A stretch of 64,000 nucleotides of DNA from an uncultured Candidatus Saccharibacteria bacterium (GCA_964554485.1 CAZKOX010000002.1:21146-85145), one strand, 5' to 3'; counted from the stretch's first letter, positions 39,671-49,935 are shown. Numbers and translations: made by a program. The notes: generated from the sequence alone by a model not told the origin.

Positions 39671-41311
39671 ATGGCTAAAAAAGTATTTTATGACGAAGAT
39701 GCAAGGCGCCGCGTTCTTGCTGGTGCAAAAATTTTATATGAGGCAGTTAAGTCGACAATGGGTCCTAAGGGTCGCAATGTAATTATTAGTAAAAGCTATG
39801 GTGCGCCAACCGTAACTCACGACGGCGTAACAGTAGCAAAGGGGATTGATATTGCTGAAGCCGACGACGAAACACTTGGCTACAAGGTTGGCGCTGAGCT
39901 TATTAAACAAGCTGCTAGCAAGATGAACGACGTTGCTGGCGACGGTACAACAACCGTCACTGTTTTGACTTACCATATCTTGAACGAAGCAAACAAACTT
40001 ATTGCTGCGGGTCACAATCCGATGTTGCTTCGAAAAGGTCTTGAAGCGGCCGCTGAAGATGTTATTAAAAAGCTAAGTTCTCTAAAAGAAGACATTGCTG
40101 GCAAGAAAACCAGGGTTGCTGAGGTAGCCAGTATATCGGCGGGTGACGCTGGTATTGGTCAGTTAATTGCTGATGTTATGGCAAAAGTCGGTAAAGACGG
40201 AGTTGTTACAGTTGAGGAAGGTCAAGGGTTGCAGCTTGAAAGTGAAGTTGTTGAAGGGTTTACCTTCGACCGCGGTTTTGTTAGCCCCTACATGGTGACT
40301 GACACTGCTCGTATGGAAGCGGTTTATAGCAAACCAGCAGTTCTAGTAACCGACAAAAAGATATCCAATATTCAAGAATTCCTGCCAATACTTGAAAAGC
40401 TAGCCAATGCCGGCAAAAAAGATCTAGTGATTATTGCCGAGGACGTTGATGGTGAGGCGCTTGGTACGTTGATTCTTAATCGCCTCAAAGGTGTGTTTAA
40501 TACCGTTGCAGTTAAGGCGCCATCTTTTGGTGATCGTCGAGCTGATGTGCTTGAGGACATTGCGATTTTGACAGGAGGAACGGTTATATCAGAGGACCGT
40601 GGAGTTACATTCGAAAATGCTGAAGTTGATATGATCGGCTCAGCTCGCAAAGTTATCGTCACAAAAGACGAAACCACTATTATTGAAGGCGCCGGATCGC
40701 CAAGTGCTCTTAAGTCGCGAATTGCCCAAATTCATGCTCAGGAAGAATCCGCCAAGAGTGAATACGACAAAGAAAACTACCAAAAACGAGCTGCAGCGCT
40801 AAATGGTAAAGTCGCAGTCATCAAGGTTGGTGGTGCTACGGAAACCGAAATTGAAGAGAAGAAGTTCCGCGTCGATGATGCCGTGCACGCTGTAAAAGCG
40901 GCCATGGAAGAGGGTGTTGTAGCCGGTGGAGGCGTAACATTCATTAACCTTGCGGCGAGCATAAAAACCGTCAATACCGACGAGGCAACCGTTGCGTCGG
41001 GTCGATTGCTACTAAAGAGCGCACTTGACCAGCCGTTTAGAATTTTGATGGAAAATGCCGGCGTTAACCCTGACGAATGGTTACCAAAAGTCAAAGCTGG
41101 AAAGGCCGGACAAGGCATTAATGTAAATGATCCTAGCAAACTAGTTGACTTAAAAACCGCCGGAATCGTTGACCCAGCCAGGGTTAGTCGCGAAGCTGTT
41201 CAAAACGCCGTTTCAATTGCTGGCACAAGCATCACCATGGGTGCACTTGTTGTCGACATCCCTGAAAAGGCTGCTCCTGCTATGCCTCAGGGCGGCGGTA
41301 TGGACTACTAA
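39671..41311 (+). CDS. groL: Chaperonin GroEL
   Basis: 546 aa. AGDGTTTVTVL, and a C-terminal PQGGGMDY tail. Confidence 0.97.
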   Translation: MAKKVFYDEDARRRVLAGAKILYEAVKSTMGPKGRNVIISKSYGAPTVTHDGVTVAKGIDIAEADDETLGYKVGAELIKQAASKMNDVAGDGTTTVTVLTYHILNEANKLIAAGHNPMLLRKGLEAAAEDVIKKLSSLKEDIAGKKTRVAEVASISAGDAGIGQLIADVMAKVGKDGVVTVEEGQGLQLESEVVEGFTFDRGFVSPYMVTDTARMEAVYSKPAVLVTDKKISNIQEFLPILEKLANAGKKDLVIIAEDVDGEALGTLILNRLKGVFNTVAVKAPSFGDRRADVLEDIAILTGGTVISEDRGVTFENAEVDMIGSARKVIVTKDETTIIEGAGSPSALKSRIAQIHAQEESAKSEYDKENYQKRAAALNGKVAVIKVGGATETEIEEKKFRVDDAVHAVKAAMEEGVVAGGGVTFINLAASIKTVNTDEATVASGRLLLKSALDQPFRILMENAGVNPDEWLPKVKAGKAGQGINVNDPSKLVDLKTAGIVDPARVSREAVQNAVSIAGTSITMGALVVDIPEKAAPAMPQGGGMDY

Positions 41312-41358
41312 TCTACGCTTGAACAAAATTAGTCCTCGACTAACGTATAATTAGTTTC

Positions 41359-42744
41359 ATGAAGAAACTAGTTAAAAGACTTGTTCCTACTCCTGTATTT
41401 AAAAAGATTGAACCCTATGGACACCTAGCCGAGGCTGTTTTGCATCAGTCAAAAGCTGGTTTTCCGGGTCGTTCATTGAAGGTTATTGGCGTTACTGGTA
41501 CCGACGGCAAGACCAGTACTTGCACTCTAATTACCCAAATGCTTCGAAATGCTGGCAAAAAGGTCGGCATGATTTCAACTATCTCGATAGATTACGGTGA
41601 TGGCCGTGGACCACAGGACAATCCATCGCGATTGACCGCTCTCGGCGCAAAGCGTCTCGCCAGTGCCTTAAAAAAGATGCAACGGGAGCAGGTAGAGTGG
41701 CTGGTTTTAGAGGTTACTTCGCATGGTATGGCTCAACATCGAACCTTTGGCGTGCCATATTACTTTGCGGTAATGACAAATGTCGGGCACGAGCATTTGG
41801 ACTATCACGGAACATTCGAAAATTATCGCGATGCCAAGCGACGATTGTTCAAAGCGGCAAACAGAAATAGATCCGGCAGAAGGGTAGGGATTATTAATGC
41901 CGAAGACCCATCGGCCAAGCTATTTGCTAGTGATGTCTCCAAGCCTATTACCTACGGTACAAAAGAAGCTGATATTAAAGCCGAGAACATCAACCTAACA
42001 CCAAACGGTTCGAAGTACCGAGTAAAAATTAACAACACGATTTTTCCTCAGGTTGATGACTCAGAGTTGAATATCGAGTGCCATTTGCCGGGGAGCTTTA
42101 ATGTTTATAATTCGCTGGCAGCAGTTACTGCTGGTTTGGTTGCTGGTCTGACAAAAAAAGAGATCGCCGAGGGAATAGCTAGTTTGCGCGAAGTCGAAGG
42201 CCGAATGACCAGAGTTGATTGCGGTCAGGACTTTGCAGTAATTGTTGACTATGCCCATACACCAGAAAGTTTTGAAAAAATATTGTCAGAAGTTCGACCT
42301 CTCACAAACAAGAAGTTAATTTGTGTTTTTGGAAGCGCTGGCCGTCGAGATGAAGCTAAGCGAGCCGCCCAGGGCGCCATTGCCGGAAAGTTATGCGACA
42401 CGGTCATAATTTCTGAAGAAGATGACCGTGACATTGATGGTGAAGAGATAATGAAACAAATATTGTCTGGGGCAGAGAAAACCGGAAAAGTTTTAGATAA
42501 AGACGTATTTATGGTTCACGACCGAGAGGAAGCAATCCAAAAGGCCGTCAATATTGCTAAGGCTGGGGACATTGTTATGTTACTCGGTAAGGGACATGAA
42601 AAATCAATCTTGAGCAACGGCCCGCAAGCCGCCGAATTGCGCCACTTGCCTCAAAACGACGACGACGCCAGACGCGTCGTAAAGCGTAAATACGACGAAG
42701 TTACAGCCGCAAAACTTGCCATTGCAAATCGTATTAATCAATAG
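41359..42744 (+). CDS. Mur ligase family protein, MurE-like
   Basis: 461 aa. GVTGTDGKTST P-loop, VMTNVGHEHLDYHG, DYAHTPES motifs. Confidence 0.75.
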   Translation: MKKLVKRLVPTPVFKKIEPYGHLAEAVLHQSKAGFPGRSLKVIGVTGTDGKTSTCTLITQMLRNAGKKVGMISTISIDYGDGRGPQDNPSRLTALGAKRLASALKKMQREQVEWLVLEVTSHGMAQHRTFGVPYYFAVMTNVGHEHLDYHGTFENYRDAKRRLFKAANRNRSGRRVGIINAEDPSAKLFASDVSKPITYGTKEADIKAENINLTPNGSKYRVKINNTIFPQVDDSELNIECHLPGSFNVYNSLAAVTAGLVAGLTKKEIAEGIASLREVEGRMTRVDCGQDFAVIVDYAHTPESFEKILSEVRPLTNKKLICVFGSAGRRDEAKRAAQGAIAGKLCDTVIISEEDDRDIDGEEIMKQILSGAEKTGKVLDKDVFMVHDREEAIQKAVNIAKAGDIVMLLGKGHEKSILSNGPQAAELRHLPQNDDDARRVVKRKYDEVTAAKLAIANRINQ

Positions 42745-43597
42745 TTAGGCTTGTACAACGGATAAAGCCGCCGCCTTTAAGTAATTCCGTTACTTCTGGC
42801 GCATAAATTTTGAGACCACGATTTTCCAGAGCGCTTTTTAATTCAGGAGCATGGCTGCTCATAATTACTGATTCGCCAGTAGACACAAGGTTGCAGGCAA
42901 AACCATTCATCGCTTCGTCTAGGCTTACCTCTATCTTTTCAAGATCATCTAATGCTCTAATCCTAGCCTGACTCTCAGGCATAAAAGCTTCCGGACACCA
43001 AGCAATTAAACTCGGCGAAATTACGGCCAAAGCAAGGTCGAGATCATAAAAAAAGCTGTCCGGCCAACCGGTAACTTGGTTGATGATTGGATTTTGGTTG
43101 GCGTCGAGTTGGGGAATGGTTTGTAGACCTATAACTTTTAATCCAAGTTCTTTTTCAAGAAGTTGATGCGCCGCAAGGCTAGTTCTATATCCTGTGCCGA
43201 CAAATAGATATTTACCACAGGGCAGGGCATCGCCTTGGCCGCTAAAGTTAACCTCCCTTGGTAATTTGACCGTCCTTAGTCCGAGAGATTTTAAGGTATC
43301 TTCAGCATAAGTTTCCTCACCCTGGCGCTTGTTCGGCAGATTCGACATAACGGCTATATTGCCGTTAATTAGCGCCCAGTTAGCAGCGTACACACCATCT
43401 TGGCAGCCGGCCGGGGCGTCAACTTTTATAACTTCAATGCCAGCTTGCTTGAAACAATCGGCTATCGCAGCATGCTCGGCAATAGCTTTATGCAAGTCTA
43501 CCGGTATACGATCGTCCATGTAGGCATTAATGGCAAAGCCATCATCAAAATATTCTGCCCCCGACATTAAAACCCTAGTATTTATTTTCTGCATCAC
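42734..43597 (-). CDS. Guanidino-group-modifying enzyme superfamily protein (amidinotransferase/DDAH/arginine-deiminase-like)
   Basis: 287 aa. The C-terminal LKGGGFIRCTSL motif contains the catalytic-type Cys. Confidence 0.6.
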   Translation of the reverse strand: MMQKINTRVLMSGAEYFDDGFAINAYMDDRIPVDLHKAIAEHAAIADCFKQAGIEVIKVDAPAGCQDGVYAANWALINGNIAVMSNLPNKRQGEETYAEDTLKSLGLRTVKLPREVNFSGQGDALPCGKYLFVGTGYRTSLAAHQLLEKELGLKVIGLQTIPQLDANQNPIINQVTGWPDSFFYDLDLALAVISPSLIAWCPEAFMPESQARIRALDDLEKIEVSLDEAMNGFACNLVSTGESVIMSSHAPELKSALENRGLKIYAPEVTELLKGGGFIRCTSLTID

Positions 43598-43616
43598 TGT
43601 CTATATTACAGCTTAA

Positions 43617-43652
43617 TAAAAAAACCTTCGTGTAAAAACGGAGGGTTTTTTG
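43617..43652. terminator. Bidirectional intrinsic terminator
   Basis: AAAAAAA CCTTCG tgtaaaaa CGGAGG GTTTTTT. Confidence 0.5.
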
Positions 43653-43664
43653 GTCGTATATTAA

Positions 43665-43931
43665 CTAACGTCTACCGTTAGTGTATGGACCGCTAGGGTT
43701 GCCATTACTTGCATCTGCAATCGCTTCATCTTTCTTTACGACTGTACCGTCAGGCTGGACTACTAGTTCTGGTAGTGTAGCTTCACCAATTTCTTTGAAG
43801 TGCTCAGCGCGGGCATTATCTTGTTCCGCCTGCCAGCTATCAAGTACTTCCTGGTCGGCAGGAGATGTTACTTCTGCTTTTAGGTCGTCTATTGCAGTTT
43901 GCACTTTTGGTTTTTCTATTAAATCGCCCAT
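43665..43931 (-). CDS. Hypothetical small protein
   Basis: 88-aa ORF, acidic, no motif. Confidence 0.4.
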   Translation of the reverse strand: MGDLIEKPKVQTAIDDLKAEVTSPADQEVLDSWQAEQDNARAEHFKEIGEATLPELVVQPDGTVVKKDEAIADASNGNPSGPYTNGRR

Positions 43932-44008
43932 TTTTATCCTTTTTATTTTTTGTTGATAAAACTATAGTAGCAAATTATATCGATTTTGTCAAGGTAGGAG
44001 TTGTTTCT

Positions 44009-44284
44009 TTAGATGCTACTTGTAGTGTCGACTTCTACGCCTGCACTACTAACGACCAATTTTGAGAAAGATGCCAGTACCTCCTGAATACCTTTGATAC
44101 GACCGGCCATTTCGTTTATCTCCGGGTCTCTCTCTGACCTAGGTATTTGAGATAGAGCCCTAAATTCTTCCTGACTTCTTTCAAACGTCAAAGACTGCTG
44201 TCTATACCACTCAAGAAGTGTTGATACAGCAATAACACTTGGTCTTTGTTCGATAGGGGTTGTTTCACCAGGAGGTGTACTCAT
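44009..44284 (-). CDS. Hypothetical small protein
   Basis: 91-aa ORF, no motif. Confidence 0.4.
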   Translation of the reverse strand: MSTPPGETTPIEQRPSVIAVSTLLEWYRQQSLTFERSQEEFRALSQIPRSERDPEINEMAGRIKGIQEVLASFSKLVVSSAGVEVDTTSSI

Positions 44285-44340
44285 ATATTACAATAATACA
44301 ACATTTAATATGAAAAATCAACTATCCTAGAGGTAGGTGT

Positions 44341-44769
44341 CTATTTTTCTTTGGCGGTGAAGAAGTTGATTTCGTTAATGATGTCTAGAAGTGCTTGGGC
44401 GCGAGCCTTGTCGTCCTCGATGGCCTTAGCGGCGTCGTGGGCGTCACGAAGTAAGGACTGGTTGTCTGTAGCCTGAACCATCATCATTGTTGTCTTAAAC
44501 TTGTCTTCGTTACTTAGGTCTAGTTTGCCTAGGATTGGCGCTAGCTCATTAATTGCCTGTTTTTGAAGATCGGCCAAATCACCGTCAGGCTCAACTGCGC
44601 GGTTGTCGTCAGTAACTGGTTCTGGTTCCGTAACTACGACAGGGGTAGGGTCGTTTGTTGGTACGGGGGCAGGTGCGGGCATTGTGCTATCACTTGCAGG
44701 TTCGGTTACTGGTTCTGGAACTACCACGCCGTCGTCAACAGGTTTTTGATTATCATCTAAACTAAACAT
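44341..44769 (-). CDS. Hypothetical protein with a Pro/Thr/Val-rich N-terminal half
   Basis: 142-aa ORF containing a PEPVTEP..PAPAPVPTNDPTPVVVTEPEPVT low-complexity segment. Confidence 0.45.
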   Translation of the reverse strand: MFSLDDNQKPVDDGVVVPEPVTEPASDSTMPAPAPVPTNDPTPVVVTEPEPVTDDNRAVEPDGDLADLQKQAINELAPILGKLDLSNEDKFKTTMMMVQATDNQSLLRDAHDAAKAIEDDKARAQALLDIINEINFFTAKEK

Positions 44770-44828
44770 TTTGCCACCCCCTTAAAACTTAATAAATAGG
44801 TTACAATAATTGTAACATAAGGGGCATT

Positions 44829-45863
44829 ATGATTGACGATCTAAAGTTTATTCACGAAAAAGACAAATCTGACGCCTTGGGTCTTGCTGCCAAGGAATGG
44901 CAACAATTACTTGCTGAATACAAAATTGAACCAGCGCTAAAGCCTGACCATGTTTACAACGTAGTATTCGCCGGCATGGGCGGCTCGGCACTAGCAGCAC
45001 TGCTGTCTAAAACTTGGCCGACGGTTAAAGAACCATTTGAGGTTGTACGGGGTTACGATATTCCGACGTATGTTGATGGCGACACGCTGTTTATTGCCTC
45101 CAGCTATTCTGGCAATACCGAAGAAGAGCTGGCTTGTCTAAACCGAGCTGCCAAGCGTGGAGCGACGATTGTCGTAATTAGTTCAGGGGGACAGCTAGTA
45201 GATATTGCCAGAGAAAAGGGCTATTCGCTGGTATTGATTCCTACGCATATGCAGCCTAGGTACGCGACTCTATATTCTTTCTCGGCACTTACTAGAATCC
45301 TAGAAGCTGTCGGTCTGGTAGACGAAGGTACGGCTGACAAAGAATTGTCAAAAGCCGCTAAGTTTTTAGAAGAGTCAGTCAAATCATGGTTACCAGAAGT
45401 GCACACCAAAGAAAATCCAGCTAAAGAACTAGCCAAAGACTTGGTTGGAACTAGTATTGTTGTTTATTCTGGTCCGCTATTAGCGCCAGCGGCTTATAAA
45501 TGGAAGATTAGCCTTAACGAAAACGCCAAAAACTTGGCTTGGTGGGGAACATATCCCGAGTTTAATCACAACGAATTTATTGGCTGGACTGGTCAGCCGC
45601 ATGACAAACCATATTCGGTGGTTGAGTTAAGAAGTAGCTTTGAACACCCACGAGTATTGAAGCGATTTGAAGTGTCGGCGCGGCTACTTTCTGGTCGTCG
45701 ACCGGCGCCGCAAGTTGTCGAAGCTCAGGGCGAAACACTGCTTGAACAACTACTTTGGACGGTTATCTTTGGCGACTTCGTCTCGATCTATCTTGCACTA
45801 TTAAATGGTATTGACCCAACCCCCGTCGACCTAATTGAAAAGTTCAAATCCGAAATAGCCTAG
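44829..45863 (+). CDS. Bifunctional phosphoglucose/phosphomannose isomerase family (SIS domains)
   Basis: 344 aa. FAGMGGSALAA and ASSYSGNTEE SIS motifs. Confidence 0.75.
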   Translation: MIDDLKFIHEKDKSDALGLAAKEWQQLLAEYKIEPALKPDHVYNVVFAGMGGSALAALLSKTWPTVKEPFEVVRGYDIPTYVDGDTLFIASSYSGNTEEELACLNRAAKRGATIVVISSGGQLVDIAREKGYSLVLIPTHMQPRYATLYSFSALTRILEAVGLVDEGTADKELSKAAKFLEESVKSWLPEVHTKENPAKELAKDLVGTSIVVYSGPLLAPAAYKWKISLNENAKNLAWWGTYPEFNHNEFIGWTGQPHDKPYSVVELRSSFEHPRVLKRFEVSARLLSGRRPAPQVVEAQGETLLEQLLWTVIFGDFVSIYLALLNGIDPTPVDLIEKFKSEIA

Positions 45864-46030
45864 GCGCCGGAAATCGAATAACGGAAACCGGAGTCGAAAA
45901 TAAAATGAACAGCCGTTCATTTTATTCCACTATTAGAATTCCTATCTGGATTATAGTTCCTCGATATCCGATATCTTAGTTGTGTTATTGGTCGTCGTGA
46001 ATAGTCGTATTAGTTACGAAGTAATAGAAA

Positions 46031-46753
46031 TTAGATATTAATTATCGGTAGTTTGGTACCTGCGATCCATTCTCGTGGCTCGGCATTTTGTTCAAATAAG
46101 GTCGCAGCACTTACACCGCCCAGTGTAGTTTCATTATCTTCGATACTTATCCATGAAGCTTCTGGTAGACCTATAACCGGGCATGCATTCTCTTGATGGT
46201 ACTCCTTGATGCGTTGTTCTCTGGTCTCGCCCTGATGATTCTTAATAAGTGATCCGGGTACGAAGTGGGGATTAATCTGGAAATCTATTAAATTTAGTGC
46301 ACCCAACCCTTGTGTTTCGACTATCGGCATGTCGTTCGTGGTCATGATCGTAGGACAAGCAACGTTGCTACCTGCACTTGTACCCATATAGCCAGCACCA
46401 TTCTTTATCTTATTACGTATTGGACCAAGCAAATTATTATTCTGCAACGCCTTGAGAAGTCGAAATGTGTTACCTCCGGCGATAAAAATAGCCTTTACAT
46501 CATAAGCCTCTACGGCTTCTTTAGGATTACGTGATTTATGTAAAGAAATAAGAGAGCTACCAATATCTGGGTCGAGTTTGGTAAAGAAATCCCTAGCTCG
46601 ATCGGCATAATAATCTAAGTCATTGCCTGCGTAGGGTACGAATAATACATGACCTGGAGGACATATGCTTAGAAAATGTTTGATCTGGGTTTGGCAGTGT
46701 TCTAGATAGCCTCCATCACCAAGGTAGGAGCTACTAATTAATAACAATTTCAT
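46031..46753 (-). CDS. Peptidase S51 (dipeptidase E-like)
   Basis: MKLLLISSSYLGDGGYLEH.., GGNTFRLL, GTSAGSNV (nucleophile Ser). The track ORF extends 96 nt further upstream, to a GTG at 46849. Confidence 0.75.
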   Translation of the reverse strand: MKLLLISSSYLGDGGYLEHCQTQIKHFLSICPPGHVLFVPYAGNDLDYYADRARDFFTKLDPDIGSSLISLHKSRNPKEAVEAYDVKAIFIAGGNTFRLLKALQNNNLLGPIRNKIKNGAGYMGTSAGSNVACPTIMTTNDMPIVETQGLGALNLIDFQINPHFVPGSLIKNHQGETREQRIKEYHQENACPVIGLPEASWISIEDNETTLGGVSAATLFEQNAEPREWIAGTKLPIINI

Positions 46754-46852
46754 TCCGTAATTATAACTTAGACGTTGTAATTTACTCAAAGTCATTAGTA
46801 GTCGCAGGCTCTCACTCTGGCGTCTGTTGATTTTTTTGCCGACAAACACTTA

Positions 46853-48082
46853 TTAATCGTGTCGCAGGGCCTCTATCGGATCTCGCCGGGCAGCCTTCAT
46901 TGCTGGCATAATCCCGAAGATAACTCCAACGGCGGTTGATACACCGAGGGCTATTAAGATTATTCCTGGCGTAAAGGCAGGCGTGAGGGTGGTGAAGAAT
47001 GAAATTAACACACCACCAACTACGGCAAGCGCGACACCTATGAATCCACCAAGCAGGCTAAGTACAATAGCCTCGACTAAGAACTGTCCTAGAATTTGTC
47101 GATTTGTAGCACCAAGGGCTTTGCGGACACCGATTTCGCGGGTACGTTCGGTAACGCTGACAAGCATTATGTTCATTACTCCAATACCGCCAACAAACAA
47201 AGAAATACCCGCTATGGCAGCCACAAGGGTGGTTAACTTACTAAACACTTGAGATGCAATCGCCAAAAATTCCTCTTGTTTAAAGATCGTAAAATCTTCT
47301 TGGTTGGCGTGGTTGTTGAGTAGGGCTTTCTTTACGTTATTACTAGTTTGATTTAGGAGATCTTCATTATCGACCTTTACTTCGACATCACGGATTTCTA
47401 GGAGACCGCCAGATATTTGCTTGGCGACATTAATAGGAATAAAAATGGCATCGTTAAAGCTTGGAGCAAGCTCTAAGCCAGATGAATTAAACTCACTCAT
47501 AACCCCGCGGATAATGAAATTTATCCCCCGAAAGCTTACAGTTTGCCCAATCGGTGATTCGTCATGAAAAAGATTACTTGCAACTTCGCTACCAATTACG
47601 GCTACGCGACGATTTTGCTCACTCTCACTAATGAAACTACCAAATCGAACCTTTTTATCTAATATTTTTGGGAGCTCATGAGTTGTCGCCACGACATATG
47701 CCGAGGCGTAATGGTCGTTGTTGAGAGTGGTAGGGGAGCCGGAAAGCATGGCGATTGGAGCAACCGACTCAACATTATTGATCTTTGCTATATCATCTAT
47801 ATCTTTTTCGGTAAGGTTGCTTGCTCCCAACATTGATGCGATGTTGATGCCGGTAATATTGCCGTCACTATCGCGCTGAATAGGGCGTCCTGAGCGTACG
47901 GTTAATAAATTACTGCCAAGAGACTTAACCTCGCCAATAACGTCTTTTTTGACCCCTTCGCTTATCGAGACAATGGTTACGACACTTGCAACTCCGATAA
48001 CGATACCTATAACCGTAAGAAACGACCGAAGCTTGGAGCCTTTGATGCTGGTTGTGGCCATCTTGATATGGGCTTTAATCAT
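46853..48082 (-). CDS. ABC transporter permease, MacB/FtsX type
   Basis: 409 aa. N-terminal TM, a large periplasmic domain, and a C-terminal FtsX-like 3-TM bundle (TERTREIGVRKALGA). Confidence 0.85.
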   Translation of the reverse strand: MIKAHIKMATTSIKGSKLRSFLTVIGIVIGVASVVTIVSISEGVKKDVIGEVKSLGSNLLTVRSGRPIQRDSDGNITGINIASMLGASNLTEKDIDDIAKINNVESVAPIAMLSGSPTTLNNDHYASAYVVATTHELPKILDKKVRFGSFISESEQNRRVAVIGSEVASNLFHDESPIGQTVSFRGINFIIRGVMSEFNSSGLELAPSFNDAIFIPINVAKQISGGLLEIRDVEVKVDNEDLLNQTSNNVKKALLNNHANQEDFTIFKQEEFLAIASQVFSKLTTLVAAIAGISLFVGGIGVMNIMLVSVTERTREIGVRKALGATNRQILGQFLVEAIVLSLLGGFIGVALAVVGGVLISFFTTLTPAFTPGIILIALGVSTAVGVIFGIMPAMKAARRDPIEALRHD

Positions 48083-48102
48083 TTCTCCACACCTCCCGCG
48101 CC

Positions 48103-48260
48103 GGCTAGCCTGCTCTTTAGCGGAGCTAAAGACACCGCTAGCCTCTTGGTCATTTTCAGCTTAAAAAGTCCAGTACTCACTTCAACGTACTCCTTGTACG
48201 TCCTCGTTCCGTGCTTCCTTTTTGCGCCGAAACTGACCTAAGCGCAGAAGGCGTGGAAGC
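48103..48260. repeat. Intergenic structured repeat, copy C (5' hairpin module plus core); overlaps the 3' end of the ABC ATPase ORF
   Basis: Outer stem GGCTAGC (48103-48109) / GCTAGCC (48137-48143). Inner hairpin CTTTAGC-GGA-GCTAAAG (48115-48131). Closing helix CTTGGTCATTTTC (48145-48157) / GAAACTGACCTAAG (48229-48242). Central hairpin ACGTAC-tcctt-GTACGT (48185-48201). Confidence 0.7.
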
Positions 48261-49064
48261 TTTGGTTTTAGTTTTCTTTTTTTCGAGACGGTCTTTGGCT
48301 CTGGTTTCTTTTATATCCTGATCAACTTTAGTGTCATATTCTTCCGCGGCTTTAATCTTTTTAAGATTCACTACCTCACCATGAGCAAGTTCCTGATCGT
48401 GTTGTATCTGTCCGTCTCGTAAATATATAACCCGACTAGCATAAGCCGTCAGTTCGGCGTTGTGGGTGACCATAATTATTGTGTTACCTCCGCGGTTAAT
48501 GTCCCGCAGCAATTCCATAATTTGCTTACTAGAGGCTGAATCAAGATTTCCGGTTGGTTCGTCGGCGATGACGATGCTAGGTTTATTAATAAGTGCGCGT
48601 GCTATTGCCACTCTTTGAGCTTGTCCGCCGCTAAGCTGCCTCGGGAAGTAGTATTCTCGCTTTTTTAGGCCTACTTTTTCGAGCATCGCACTGGAGCGTT
48701 TCAGCCGCCTGATCGTGCCGCCGCCTTTGTAGGCTAGGGGTAGGGCGACATTATCAAGAACCGTCATTCGTGGTAGAAGATTAAAAGATTGAAAAATAAA
48801 ACCGATGTGGTCTCGGCGAGCCTTGGCGCGTTGATTACTTCTAAGCCGCGAAACAACTCGTGTATCGAGCTGATAAACACCGTGCGAAGGTCGATCAAGC
48901 ATACCGATTATATTAAGCAGAGTGCTTTTTCCGGAACCACTTGGGCCCATGATGGCTACAAACTCACCCTTATCAACATGCAGGTTGATATCATCAAGGG
49001 CTACAGTGGTGGCATCGCCGAATCCAAAGATTTTGGTGACATTAATAAGGCTTATGGCTGACAT
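48177..49064 (-). CDS. ABC transporter ATP-binding protein (MacB/LolD-like) with an atypical Lys-rich C-terminal tail
   Basis: 295 aa. GPSGSGKST Walker A, LSGGQAQR signature, IVIADEPTGNLD Walker B. The last 27-28 residues (about 81 coding nt) are encoded by repeat copy C. Confidence 0.9.
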   Translation of the reverse strand: MSAISLINVTKIFGFGDATTVALDDINLHVDKGEFVAIMGPSGSGKSTLLNIIGMLDRPSHGVYQLDTRVVSRLRSNQRAKARRDHIGFIFQSFNLLPRMTVLDNVALPLAYKGGGTIRRLKRSSAMLEKVGLKKREYYFPRQLSGGQAQRVAIARALINKPSIVIADEPTGNLDSASSKQIMELLRDINRGGNTIIMVTHNAELTAYASRVIYLRDGQIQHDQELAHGEVVNLKKIKAAEEYDTKVDQDIKETRAKDRLEKKKTKTKASTPSALRSVSAQKGSTERGRTRSTLK

Positions 49065-49132
49065 GCATCAATATTAATCTGTAATTTTAGTTTCAACAAG
49101 TAAACCGCTCAAAGTATAATGGCGAAGGCCGA

Positions 49133-49222
49133 GGAGAGATGTCCGAGTGGTTTAAGGAGCACGCTTGGAAAGTGTGTGTATCCGCAAGGGTACCGCGGGT
49201 TCGAATCCCGCTCTCTCCGCCA
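49133..49222 (+). tRNA. tRNA-Ser (anticodon GGA), class II, CCA encoded
   Basis: Acceptor GGAGAGA/TCTCTCC, anticodon arm CACGC-TTGGAAA-GTGTG, long variable arm, T arm GCGGG-TTCGAAT-CCCGC. Confidence 0.85.
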
Positions 49223-49242
49223 ATAACCGGTACAATATATGT

Positions 49243-49923
49243 ATGAAGCGGTTGAATGAGCTGATACTACGTCGATTACTTGCGATTTTATTATTTTTTA
49301 GCTCTGTCGCCGTATTAATGCTTGCCAGTCGATTATTTGTGACCGGGTCTACCAGACTAGGATTCTTAATCTGGAACATGATGTTGGCATGGATACCTCT
49401 AGCTGCCGCCCTTTGGTTTGTGCCGACTGGCCGTTCTCGGCGTCCGTTTATCTCGGCTGTTCTGCTTATTATCTGGTTGTTATTCTTGCCAAATACATTT
49501 TATATCCTGAGCGATTTTATCCATTTACGAGCTTTGGGTGACATAAATATATTGTTCGATGTTGTTATGTTATTTCTTTACAGCTGTATTGGTTTTGGTA
49601 TTGGAATAATGAGTCTAGGGATCATTCATTCATGGTTGAGGCGAGCGCTTAGTAATTTTTTATCAACATCTCTAATCTACGTCTCTATTTTACTTTGTAG
49701 TTTTGCGATTTATCTTGGACGTTTCTTGCGTTGGAATTCTTGGGATATTGTAGTTAACCCACTTGGTCTACTGGTGGATATTTCCGACCGAGTCGTAGCG
49801 CCGCTTGATCACCCAAAAACATTGTCTACGACCTTTGTTTTCTTTATTTTTATTAGTTTGGTTTATAGCGCTGCGTGGTGGCTAAAACATAATTTTAGTT
49901 CTCTGCTGAATAGGGAAGTATAA
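49243..49923 (+). CDS. Integral membrane protein (DUF1361-like topology)
   Basis: Start MKRLNELILRR. The track ORF start at 49165 overlaps the tRNA and is unlikely. Six to seven hydrophobic helices. Confidence 0.55.
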   Translation: MKRLNELILRRLLAILLFFSSVAVLMLASRLFVTGSTRLGFLIWNMMLAWIPLAAALWFVPTGRSRRPFISAVLLIIWLLFLPNTFYILSDFIHLRALGDINILFDVVMLFLYSCIGFGIGIMSLGIIHSWLRRALSNFLSTSLIYVSILLCSFAIYLGRFLRWNSWDIVVNPLGLLVDISDRVVAPLDHPKTLSTTFVFFIFISLVYSAAWWLKHNFSSLLNREV

Positions 49924-49935
49924 TAGCTTAAGAAG

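Noticed and set aside
48145-48260. SRP (4.5S) RNA-like string AGGTCAG..AAGGAAGCAC on the minus strand of the repeat family.
   Set aside because: There is no helix 8 geometry or GNRA tetraloop. Three divergent copies are incompatible with a single-copy essential RNA. The resemblance of ATGCCGAAACT to a 5S rRNA segment is likewise too short to count.
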